Origin: Phoronis australis
Lineage: Eukaryota; Animalia; Phoronida
Direction of reading: 5' to 3'
Assembly: GCA_002633005.1 (NCBI GenBank)
Contig: NMRA01000519.1
Location: 88,646 to 152,645 of the forward strand
DNA: 64,000 bases
The notes beneath the pieces were generated by a model that saw only the letters and a list, made by a program, of their open reading frames with translations, was not told where the DNA came from and did no database searches. Shown here one piece after another: positions 1 through 12,300 of this stretch. Positions within the stretch are counted from its first letter, which is position 1, and each line of letters opens with the position of its first letter. The translations under genes and the position numbers were made by a program.

Positions 1-229
1 ACTAATTCGCTCTGGGTTTTGTGTTCACACGTGATCTGTAATAAGCTTAGTAGATTATTGGCCGGCCTAATATCACACCAGACAAATGACTGTGCTTGGC
101 AGTTAACAGAGAAGCTAGATGTTATCACACGCTCACAACCCTCTACGTCTGGTAAATTTACTTATCGGAAAAACGCCGTTATGGAGTGATTATACTCATT
201 ACACACACGGAAGGAAATATAAAATATTT

Positions 230-900
230 AAAAGGCGAATGACTTGACGAAATTATTTATCCGGTTGTAATTTGCGTGTTATCTAAGTTGCTTACATCGC
301 TGGAAATGGGAACAGCCCGCTATTTCGAAGGTTCACTGCTTACTAAAAACGGTGGTCAGATTTCGGGTGCATGTGTCTGCATGCGAAATTGCCCGCATGT
401 CGTAAAATGAGTACACACGTGCATTTTTAGAAAGATATGAATTCGGAATAATGATGAATTATCAACCACGACGTATTCATTAAATCCATGCCAAGATCGC
501 AACGCAACGCGACTGAAGAGTTTAGGGTTCCTGAGCCACAACCTCACCCAAGGAACCTCGTACACGGCGGTTAGAAACGAAAAGTGATTAGTAGACCACT
601 TTACTTGTTCCATATTTGCGAGTTACATCAATGGCGGTTCATTACTTCGAAGGTTCACTACTCCGAAAATATCTAAAATTTCGAACACTGGTATGATTGT
701 TATGCTTTTGCACGCAACGGAAATAAACAATACTTCGGTAATTAGATGCGCTGAGTGGTGTACATGTACCTATCCCGAAAACAACGCACGGGTACAACTG
801 ATTTCATGCACATACAAAATTGCCCGCATGTCGTACAAATACGGAAAAATGAGTACGTTCTTGCATTTTTAAAATCAGTATAGTTCGGTAGCAGCCCTTC
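230..900. repeat. Degenerate interspersed repeat, with an internal partial duplication and a second copy at ~2230-2700
   Basis: Blocks shared with 2230-2700: ttgcgtgtta..gctggaaatg..aacagccc, gatgaattatcaaccacgac..ttcat.aaatccatg and acttcggt.attagatgc. The motif cgaaggttcact is repeated. Confidence 0.6.
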
Positions 901-2229
901 GTTAACACAAACTTCGTTGAAAACACGACTAAACTTTTTCGTTGGAAAGCATGATACAGAGTCGCTAGTACATATAGCGTCAAAACGGTCTCCTGTCTTC
1001 AGGTGTGCAGATATATAGCAAAACATTGAGATACGTAACAAACAAACAAAGTAAAGCACTAGCTATGATTCGAAAGTGCCTGTCTCATCATCAGGCAATA
1101 AGTGGAATGAACATATAGGAAGCAAAATAAACAGTGAAATACACGTAACAGCAGGTAGAGGGCATACGGGAGTTGCAGGGAGTGTGAATGTATCACACGG
1201 TAAGAAACCCACAAGCCTATCGAAACAGAGCCAACATGCGACACACACCTGTGAACTGCTCATTCACCATAGGTTTTGTCGTGACTGATCAATCGCAATT
1301 CCAAAATCTTTAGCCAAAATGTGACATTGTTTCGTAACTAATCATTAGCGATTCCAAGTGGACTTTTAGAGCAGTGAAACTGCGGAATAATGACATGTAA
1401 ATTTGGAAATCTTTACCATCAATTTCGTCTTGCGTATGAAGTCTGCGAGGCGGCGTACAGCCGACACTGATTAACAAGAAGTAATACTTTCTTCGGCGAA
1501 TTTCTAGTACGGTGGACCTTTGATGTTTTGCAAGCGTCGACGATGTAGGGTTTTTGGTAAGGCCCTTGACGCAACTTAAGTAGGGGGGAGGAAAATATAT
1601 ATACACAACGACGACTCTCAGCTCCTAAGTTCCCAAAATCAGACGGAATTCAGTTCGAAATCCCCTACCTCATATAATTAACACATTTCCTGAAATTGTC
1701 TCCCAAAAACGTTTTACCCATTCGTAATCCTCTGTTATAAATTATTTTAAGAATGTTTGTTTTGAAAAATTATGAACTTGAGTGCACTATTCCCAACTGC
1801 TTCGTGTGTAACTATTTTCGATAATCTATCCCAGTCTTTACACAAGTAGTTTTAAAGTACATTATCACCTAATTTTTATAGTTCTGATCATCTGTAACGC
1901 TGTATTTTTTCTTTCTTATTCTCTGGTGGCTCCGTGGCTAGCGGACCTCTCGGGTCATTCACACAGAGTCTCCATAAGCGTAAATCTGTATCAACTTTAT
2001 TTCTTTTGTTTTTTTGACTTAAAGTGAATAAAGTGCATTACTACTACTACCACCAGAAATGAGGATTCCCTGGCGGTTGTTGAAAAAGAACGGGACAAAA
2101 GTTCGGATGTAATGTGGTTCAGAAAGAGAATGTTCCCGCGTTAGCCCCTGCCAAACTTTCAAACCGGGCGTGCTTAAATGAGTGATTAAACCTTTTACAT
2201 ACTAGAAAGAAAATATTTAATAGGAGCAA

Positions 2230-2700
2230 GATCGACTTGAATGTTTTAATCTAGTTGTCTTTTGCGTGTTACGTAACTTGTTTACTTTGCTGGAAATGTC
2301 AACAGCCCAGTATCGATTCCAAAGTTTCACTACTCTGAAGGTTCACTAATGCAAAGATTCACCACTACGGAGAGATCAAAAAAATTCGGATTTGGGTGTA
2401 ACAGATTTCCAATTTTACATGTACCTGCAAAAATACACGACACTTCGGTTATTAGATGCACAAGTGGTGAACCTACATGTACATGTATGCTCAAACAACG
2501 CCCGGATTTCTTGCGTATGTGAAATTGCTCGTATCTATGTCTTTCTAATACGGAAAATGAGTATGTACTTGAATGTTTAAAAGATTATGAAGTAGGAATA
2601 TTGATGAATTATCAACCACGACTCATTCATCAAATCCATGTCAAAGTCGCATCGTTTCACAGCGTTACTGAGCTAGTTTAGGGCTGCTGCCCTTCAAACT
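2230..2700. repeat. Second copy of the degenerate repeat at 230-900
   Basis: Same shared blocks as the first copy, in the same orientation. Confidence 0.6.
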
Positions 2701-4048
2701 CAGACCATTTGGTAGTAATGTTTTATCGTTTCTCAATGTGTTGTCTAGCTGCACAGTGACTAAGCAATAACCAAAGTAAAGATTATCGTCAGACTTTTTA
2801 GATGTGTGTTAGCTAGCTAGTTTTTCGAAAACTAGAAAAACAATACATTTAGCTTTACTGCAACTAGAAAAAAGGAAACTATAAATTAAGAATATTGATA
2901 TTTTTCTCAATTCAACATGATTTTTAACGTTTTATCTTTTCCTGCAACTTTCTTAGGTGTCGCACCGGAGTAGGAACAATGGCTTGGGTCCAGGGATTGG
3001 CTGTGGGAGGGAGGACCTTTAAAATGGGACATAACTACTCATATGAACATTCAGTAAGCCTACAGTTACATTTCCTCATTCGATTTCTAGCATATGTAAC
3101 TGATGTCAGTAACCTATGAAATATATTAACAAAAGCAGATCACAGCCCCTATGTTATTCATATGCCGACTGTTTTATAACATTATTCGACTGAAATATTC
3201 CAAATACTAAGCAAAGAAAACACTGTATATCAATTCCTTGCTCTTTCATACCGTTATTTGCTTTGCAACTATGCGTATTTTCGTTTGTTTCCATTTTGAC
3301 TGAATCAGGATGTGAAAATTGCAATGTGACGAGCCATTTTACTAGGACATGCCGCTAAACTCTAAAAAATACCAACCTAAAGATTTTAAGCAGCATGGTA
3401 AACTACAACAGGAAAATTTTGCTCGCCGCACTTATCACGGAATTGACACTGAATTCAATGAAGAATGTGGAAACATGATAACACCTACATGTAATGTGTA
3501 GGGGCAAGTAATGAGGTTTGTCTATGTGTAACACTCAAATTATTTTGTTTCCGAAATCATATTTTTCAGAAAGCTGTGCAGGGTAGGGGGATGCTCAACC
3601 GAACAAGTGCAGTTGTTTATTTGTAGTGCTGTTGGAGAAAGGATTAAACGCTATCGCATGTATTAGATGTTCGAATACCGATATTCAACAACCAATATTT
3701 AGACTTCCTCCATAGGTAGTTTACCACACACCACGGAAACGCACCCTCTCAAAGTGAACCCGACTCAAATGCGTATGACCTACATAAAGTTAAGCATTTT
3801 TCCCAAAAACTGGACGGCAATCAAGTTCATCTTGATTTTGGGCCTCATTTTTGATCTCGAAACTAGAATTCACGAAACGCATTATGGGTTTTATATGTTT
3901 CTATAATGCTCTATAAATAGTTTTGGCAGTGTAACGGTTGACACAGTATCGTGAAAATCTGAAGTTCATATAAAATACACCTTGTAGGTTTAACTTCTAA
4001 TTCGCCTTACCTGGTCAGGTCTAAAAGTGATCCTTTCTATGAGTTGAC

Positions 4049-5136
4049 AAGGAGAATGTCACCCGATTTAATTAATCTTTTTTACCGTCTTAATCGGTCT
4101 ATATCCACATTGCCTCTTATAAGGTCGACCTCACCTTGCCAAGAGGTGTCGCGTTAACCGGTGAGGAAGGTGAGAAACGTCGCAGCGACGTCAGTGATTC
4201 GTCTGCAGAGTTAATTCCGCTATGATTGCGGTCCATCGTTCCCGCTTGTCCGAACTATGAAGCTGGAAACAAAGCGGGTATATCGTTTTTTTCGACTTCC
4301 TCGAGAGCCCGAAATGCTTAGGAAGTGGCTCGAGTAGTGAAGAATGAAAGGTAAGCTAGCTTTTAATAGCAAGTATGAGGCCGTGAAACATCTCTGTGTC
4401 TGTGTCCGTCATTTCATCAACAGTGATTCCTCTGACGAATTCCGGCTTACCAAAGAACTATCCATACGTTCCGTTGCATGTGCATGTTCACGGCGTCTAT
4501 CTAGTATTTCTTGATCAGTGTATTCCTGTTTGAACTGATAGCCTGTAAAACTAAACAATCCGAACCATGAAGTCTTCGTTGCCTGATTTGCGAGGGGCGA
4601 GTTGTCATGTAGACGTTTATTAGTCTGTGTTCTGTTTCTAAATGAATTATTCTCATCATAACCAATTCTTCTATAGAACTGAAACAAAGTCTGTCTCATT
4701 AGATTCAATTTGTAATGCCTGAAGTGCTCCTGAGTGCAAATGTTTTGAGAAGCCAGCAATGAACAAACCACTGCGTTACCGGCTTTTGATGCCGACAACA
4801 AAGGTAATTGACCGGGCACTGAGCCCGTGTGAGCGCATGCTAATTCAGTGTTTGATGGCAGAAAGCTGTTGTGAAACAATTGCACGATATGCTATAGTCA
4901 CACGTTAGCGGAATCTTTATTTAGAAATACAAGTACATTAATCAAATCATTGTCACTGCACAATCTTTGCCCTGACAGCCTGTGGAAAGAGAACCCGACA
5001 TCGCCGGCCCCGACAAGTAAGAAGATTTTCCGTCTGCCGTCAGGTGTCAGGTAACGCAAACGAACGTGCCGTTCTCGAGTAAAATTACTCGATTTAAATT
5101 GATACGAAATAGGTTGTTTTGGGTGGCATTCTCCTT
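4049..5136 (+). mobile_element. Non-autonomous TIR DNA transposon with a decayed THAP domain (Kolobok-like)
   Basis: 16-bp inverted termini aaggagaatgtcaccc (4049-4064) and gggtggcattctcctt (5121-5136), 1 mismatch. Internal broken frame from ~4230 reads SIVPACPNY..AGISFF/RLPREPEMLRKWL...VCVRHF, matching the THAP pattern (C-x-V-P-x-C, F..FP, W, vC..HF), with a frameshift and a stop. Confidence 0.6.
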
Positions 5137-6091
5137 TAGGTGGACCTGGAAGAGTAAGTTGCGCTCATAGTTGTCTAGCCTCAAAAGCAAACAATCATGG
5201 TTCTACAATGACCACGCTACATGCATGGTGAAGTCGAAACCTGAGGAGGGCTATTATAAATTTTCAAAAAGGTTACCAAAAATTAGTCAAATGCTTTGAA
5301 TGATTACAGTGGACGGCTAGAGACACAACTAAATTCACTAAATCTACTGGGTTATTGTAGAAACACTGATTTTCCTTTCTTACGTGCATGTATTTAATCT
5401 AAATATTTAGTCAGACATGGACTTTAATGAATATCGGTAAAAAAGTAAGACGCCCCCAATTTGAGAACTGAGTCAAAGAAATGAAACTCAGTTTTTATTA
5501 AGTTGTTGTTAGTCAAAAAGAAGCTGATAATAATGGCAAATTGACGGAGAAGTACGCCAATAAGTAAAGAATAACACATACACTCAAATGTTTAAGGGAT
5601 TTATGTGAGACTGTTTCATTTAACTGGACACTGGCGGGACAGATGTTGTCATTGAATACTAATATTACAATCGATAAAACAGCACATAATTCTCCCCAAA
5701 AGTCATCTGAGAGATAAATCAGAAAGTTGCGATGTCTTTGAAGTTTCACCCGTGTGCAGTTCATGTTGTTATGTAGACTCATGCGCCAATTTATACACGT
5801 ACGACCATTGGAGCTTGGATAGGAGTCATGGGAAAATAAGTGTCCACTTACTGGGGAGGGCGTCTTTTACCACCGAGTCCTTTTTGAGGACAAGATGTAG
5901 CTGAAAAATATTTTCAATTTTCAAGGGAGGTACATGTATTAATTACAAAACAGCAAGTGGTAAAACAGTTTTTGGATAAAATCAATAAAAAGACTTCTTA
6001 TCCTTGCGGTGAAAAATGGCAAGCAGTATTTGTAAACGTGAAAAGGTTGATTCAGAAAGCAAGCGCGAAAAGCTTGTTTAAAAAAATCGGC

Positions 6092-6097
6092 TTTATT
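6092..6097 (-). terminator. Candidate polyadenylation signal (AATAAA) of the alpha2delta-like gene
   Basis: tttatt on the + strand about 55 nt past the TAA stop at 6151. Confidence 0.5.
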
Positions 6098-6150
6098 AGT
6101 ATTTTATGACACAAACCAATCCATCAAACAAACAAACACAACTCTCGTTA

Positions 6151-6340
6151 TTATGACCAAAAACAAAAATTCAAAACAAGAAAAAACATGACATGTGTTT
6201 GGATGTCTGGTGCGGAGCACGTGAGCGTCGCGTTGATAGTTTTGTTTCTGTGGCAGGCGCCGGGATACGCCATATGGTTGTGACGCCTTCTGCCTGCACA
6301 GTCTTCCAAAGGAACTTCAAACGAGCCAGGATTATGTATT
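6151..6340 (-). CDS. alpha2delta-like gene, terminal exon (GPI-anchor-like tail)
   Basis: ttttgtag acceptor, phase 2 matching the previous donor. Ends [25 protein letters not shown]. Confidence 0.75.
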
Positions 6341-9300
6341 CTACAAAAGGTAATGTACGACTGACGAGATAATGCACAACTGAAAATTGGAACAAACGAA
6401 AAATATAACTGATATTTCACGCTTACTTAATTGTAATTCATTCAACAGAAATACACTAAGGCCTGCACATGCAACAAAACATGCACGATCGTAACCCAGA
6501 GTTATTCTAACACGTAGTTTTTTCTAGTGAAAAACGCCACTTTTGGAGCATCTATCACTAACACGCACGGTTTGTTTACGTGCAACGTAATCAAATATGC
6601 CATCGTTTTCCCAGAACGCAAAGACCTACAGTTTGTCAATACCTGCACTCTATGGATTGAAACTCTTGTCTGGAGTATTGTGGCAAATCCTGGATAGATT
6701 TATCCATCAATATGCAACATAAATGTAAAAGCCTGAATACATCAGGACGCTAGCGTAAAAAACAACATGCGAGAGTTGTTTCCGTGCTCAGACCTGAAGC
6801 GGCCCAAAATATGTGACTGTAGTTCACCAGCAAAAAACAGGCGTAAAAGAGAACACGTGCCGAGATCAACAAAACTTAATAAATATACTTCCCCTGTGAA
6901 AAAAATTACAAAATTCACAATTTTGAAATAGACCGGAAGAAAAATTCTGTGGTTACCACAGAGTTTCTAATCTCCCTCACACATATGATAAATGTTCGCT
7001 TGCGCCCACACTCTTATTTTCCGCGTAATGGGGTAGCCAAACCAAATAAGGTGACGTACTTTGTGTTGTGGGAGAAAAACTGACGACGTTGCGAGCAGCT
7101 GACAGGTCCTGGTTTTGAAATTTGAAACTAAATGTAGGGTGATGCTTTGATATCAGCAGAGATTAAATATCTTCACCAATAAACTCTAAAAATTTCAGGT
7201 TAAGAGGAAGAATTATGTTTTAGTGGCAGACAACCACTTTCAATATTGCAGTTTAGTTTGTTGATCGCGTTTCAGGCATCTTTAATAGGGGTAGGCGTAC
7301 ATGTGCACTGTAGAATTAATCATTACAGGGCTGCAATTACTTTTAACAACTTCAATGGTCAGTCAAGGCTTTTCATACTTTTAAATAGCTACTGATCTAT
7401 TAACAAATGGCCTGCCAATCCTTGTCCAAGGCTGAGGTTATCTGCTGGGTAATCAAGTTATAAACAAATTACATTTAATGTTACCAAAGTTTGTCAAGCA
7501 CTAAAATTTGAATACTTCCAATACACATAGTTTGCAGACACACGTTTCAACCCACCTTTGGTAAATTAAACAATTAACGTTGAAAGGTTCAGGTGCAGGC
7601 TCGTAGTTCTCGATCAAGAGTATATATAGGTTGGTGTTGGGAACGTAGGTGAAGTAAAACGTACCCGATCCACAAGGATCGCCAGTAAGGTTACCTACAA
7701 CAAACAACAATCTCGCAAGTTGTTGATAATTTTCTGAAATAATTACTGAAGACAATTTTTGTAATAAATTTTGAAGAAATCAGTTTCCAATTTTCTGAAA
7801 ACACTTGAACCACAGGGGATGACTGCAATATATCATCCGGATTTCAATTCTGTGACTCGATTGATGAAAAGTCGGTAAACAGTCAAGAATCAAATTCTTC
7901 AGGGCTTCTACGGGAACTACATAACCCTCAAAAAGTAATTACACATGGAATTGCTAGCCGAAGACACTAAGTCTGTCCTCGAACTTTTTCCATGCTGGAG
8001 TAGCGCAGTTTAAATAGTAGGTTCTCACCTTTAACAACCCCCAATTGTTCCAGCAGTGTTCTGTTGACCACGTATCCCCGCCGCTCAGTGACACAGGCGT
8101 ATGCTAGCGGGACATTTGGAATAGGTCCTGGCTGGTCATCCAGTGAAGACTTCACTCTCTCTTGTAAATCCTGATGTATTGGAGTGTTAATAAAATCAAA
8201 ACCAACAATCGTGTACTGTTTCACACAGTTTATTTATACATGTTAACAAAAGCCAAACAATTTAAATCTTCCATGACATATTAACTTTTGCTGAAGCTAA
8301 TGCAGAGGTAAACGAGGATAGCTTTTGGTTCCACATACATGTAGCAATGACAAAGCGGCGACGCTTAGCCTTTCCGCTAATACGGCGTCTAGTAATTACA
8401 CTGATACAACACAATTCCCCAAAACGTATGAACAAGATAAAAGATCAAGGTGAGAGCTTTTTCGCAGTACGCAAAAAGAGCCTCACTTCCCACTGTTCTA
8501 AGACTAAGGATTTGGAGATATTGCTCCTTCGCTCCACTTGATTTTGGATTTTATACTTGCGTATAGTTCCTAAGTGAACAACTGGAAGTATCTACTCAAT
8601 ACAGACATACATGTATGGTACATCAATAACCTTTAGGAGAATCGACTTGGACTTACCAGTGGACATCGTTGGTTGAATGCACACCTGTCTTGGTAGTTCA
8701 CCTTGCGGTGACTTTCAAACACTTTCATCTGAAGTAACTTGCCAAACACGTACCCGTGAGTTGTGGCCAAAGATTTCTTTGTGTACAATAAGTCGCTGTT
8801 GGCACCGTTGCCAATGGATAAAAACGAATGGTCTCGCACCATGTGACCCAAGTTATTTACAATAAAACACCTGTTGGCATAGACAAAAGATAGCGCCGAA
8901 ATGGGTTAAATGTTTCAATTATGAAATACCGAGCTAGAAGAAGACATAGAAATCAATATAACACAAGTCTCACTTTTTTCAAAACAGAATTTACTCGGGT
9001 TATAGGACCTGAGCATTTTTCGTTATACAAAACTGAGTGATGTGTCAAGTGTAACATGTTTATGTCAGTGTCACACCCAGCCAATATGAAAGTCTAGCAT
9101 GACAATTTTGACGTTATTATGACGTTTTGGTCCCAGTGGACGGGTGCAAATTGCGTAATCCTGTACTGCCATGACGCATTGTCAACAAACATCCAACTAA
9201 CATTAGACAATGATACTGATGTGCTCTATAGTAGACATCCAATACGAATTTCCCCGAGAATAACGGAACTACGTGTAGGGCTAGACGTTAAAACGATTTA

Positions 9301-12300
9301 ATCGAAAATGGACACGGCAACTGAAATAACGGGGAATGCGAAATATGTATTTGAGCTACATCACTCGACTTAACAATTGAGAGGAGCGATGTCGTCGATT
9401 CGGGTACAACAGACTTCAAACGAAATACCTTCGCAGTAAAGAAATTAGTGAACACGGTGGCCAAGGCATGCCCGCCTCTTTAGTAACTCTTTACAAGATT
9501 ACTCACTGTTCTTGACAAGGAACCCCTGCCTTCTTGGAGAGCTCATACAGTCTCTCTTCCATCTTCAGATACAACAAGTCGACAGCAATGACGCCATGCA
9601 CGACATAACTAACACATCTACCTTTGACGCATGATCTAGAGGCACAGTGAATGTGTTTGGAACACGAGCACCCAGTGCCTGACGGACCTGAAATTGTGTC
9701 GTCGCAGCAAATACATGTTCGCCAGCTGTTGATTTGTAATTTTTTTCTTATTTGTCAGTTATTTGTCTTTCTCTCTTGATGTTAACACACAAGCCTTTCA
9801 ATCTCACGAACCTTCGCTTGAAAAATGATGGAATGCCAGAAACTATAATACGCCAAGTACGGTTTTTCCCCTTGGCCGAAAAAAGACTCAGATATCAAAG
9901 TTTCTACTTGGCGTACCTAACATCTAATTATGGATAATGCATCTTGCCACTATTTGCACTTGCAACCCCACGTTTCAACGCTAAAGTGTCATTAAGTCCA
10001 TGCTTTCTGCATAAGTAACACGTTCGATGTAAAAGCAACTTCAGGAAAATGGTCTGATCTGTTTACATACTTAAGAAGCAAAATGGGTTGTCGAGGAGAA
10101 CCGCTAGCTCACTNTTGGAGAGCTCATACAGTCTCTCTTCCATCTTCAGATACAACAAGTCGACAGCAATGACGCCATGCACGACATAACTAACACATCT
10201 ACCTTTGACGCATGATCTAGAGGCACAGTGAATGTGTTTGGAACACGAGCACCCAGTGCCTGACGGACCTGAAATTGTGTCGTCGCAGCAAATACTTGTT
10301 CGCCAGCTGTTGATTTGTAATTTTTTCTTATTTGTCAGTTATTTGTCTTTCTCTCTTGATGTTAACACACAAGCCTTTCAATCTCACGAACCTTCGCTTG
10401 AAAAATGATGGAATGCCAGAAACTATAATACGCCAAGTACGGTTTTCCCCTTGGCCGAAAAAAGACTCAGATATCAAAGTTTCTACTTGGCGTACCTAAC
10501 ATCTAATTATGGATAATGCATCTTGCCACTATTTGCACTTGCAATCCCACGTTTCAACGCTAAAGTGTCATTAAGTCCATGCTTTCTGCTTAAGTAACAC
10601 GTTCGATGTAAAAGCAACTTCAGGAAAATGGTCTGATCTGTTTACATACTTAAGAAGCAAAATGGGTTGTCAAGGAGAACCGCTAGCTCACTGTTTCTTC
10701 AGACCACACTGGCGGATCTAGGATACCATAAGGGGGGGACAACAACCAGGGAAATGCGCGATTGCATGTGCACAGGCGGCCGGAAGTTGCAGGGGCCGAG
10801 GATGTAGTCTTGCTGTTCAGAAACCCTACCAGTGGACTACAATAAAAAACGGGAAATGTGTTTCCGCGTCTGAGCCCTCCCCCCTTCGTCCGCTACAGCA
10901 CGCTGTTGTTTCATTTTGCTTCCGGCAGCCAAGGGGGGAGGGGCCCTGGCACCTGCCCCCCTAAATCTGCCTATGGACCATGCGCATTAAACTCCACGCA
11001 ACCCCGTAACCGATGCAAGTGAAAGCAATTTTTTTCTATGGAGCCCCAGTTCACCGCCAACTTAAAACTCAACGCATTTCGGCTTGTTGTCCTCTTACGG
11101 CATGTTTCCTATTCCTATTTGAACAGCATCAGTCATCAAATCAAGGCTCATCGCGTTCGATCTTACTTTTTCTAATTGTCCCATTCCTTTTACACGACAA
11201 AGGTTATCAGGAATGGTAGAAATTTACCAATCCTTAACCCATCCGATCAACTTTACTTACCTGGTGTATTTACACAGTCTACTGTCTCTGCATTGCGACC
11301 CCGAAAGATGACTTTAGATAGGGTAAGTATTATGCCTGCACCTTCCATGTCCTTGTACACGCTGGACACGGCTAAATCTTCATGTTTAGAGATCTGAGCT
11401 TGGAGATACCACGGCCGTCTGAAAGTAATTGTGAAACAATAGCGCAAGCTGCTATCGACGAAGGGTTCAATTGTGAACCGTCAAGACCGTAGATCTGTTA
11501 ACGCTTCAAATTCTTAATCAATAAGGTCACTAATGTAGAGTTCAATTGCTGTGAAATCAGGAGAAAGAAAGGGACTGATAGGCCATTGGAACCAAACTGA
11601 CACAATAGCTCGCCAGACATCTTTTGAATCGTGTATCCCTAAATCAGCTACATAGTCTGCTTTCTCAAGTGACAAATAATGCACGAGATGTGACCGTCGG
11701 AGTGTGTTCGAGAGTGGAGGCTGTGAAGGGGCCAGAGAGTGAAGTTGACATGAAAGAAACTACGTGGAAGGAACTCCTGCAGGTGGTGAAGAAAGCTCGA
11801 TCGGGTTCAGCCCCAGGTCCAAGTGACATCCCGCACAAGGCCTACAGAAGTGTCCCTTGCTGCTAAGGCAGCTGTGGCTGATTCTAAGAACAGTATGAAG
11901 AAAGGGCAGATACCAAATGACTGGAAGGTAGAAGAGGGGTGCTTTGTGCCCAAGGAGAAGGATTCTGCTGTGATTGACCAGTTCAGAACAATATTACTGC
12001 TGAGTGTAGAAGGCAAGATGTTCTTTGGGATCCTTGCTAGGAGGATGACATCCTGTCTCTTAGACAACAAGTACATATTCACATCTGTCCCTGGTTTCTC
12101 AGGCTGTGTTGAAAATACGAGCGTCTTGAGCCAGCTGATTAGGGAGGCCAAGTCGAAGAGGAAAGACCTGACGTGTGTGTGACTGGACTTAGCCAATGCC
12201 TACGATTCCATTCCCCACCAGCTGATCAACATAGCATTAGAGTACTGTCATGTTCCGGAGCATACCAGTAGCATATTAACAGATTATTTTCGAGGAATCC

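Noticed and set aside
4409-4885. 158-aa minus-strand ORF as a gene
   Set aside because: It lies antisense within the decayed TIR element, starts at a non-ATG codon and has no recognisable motif.
9534-10692. Duplicated exon as mutually exclusive alternative splicing
   Set aside because: The copies abut a single N, are nearly identical including the intron, and the second copy lacks the exon's donor end. This is a typical haplotype-overlap artifact.
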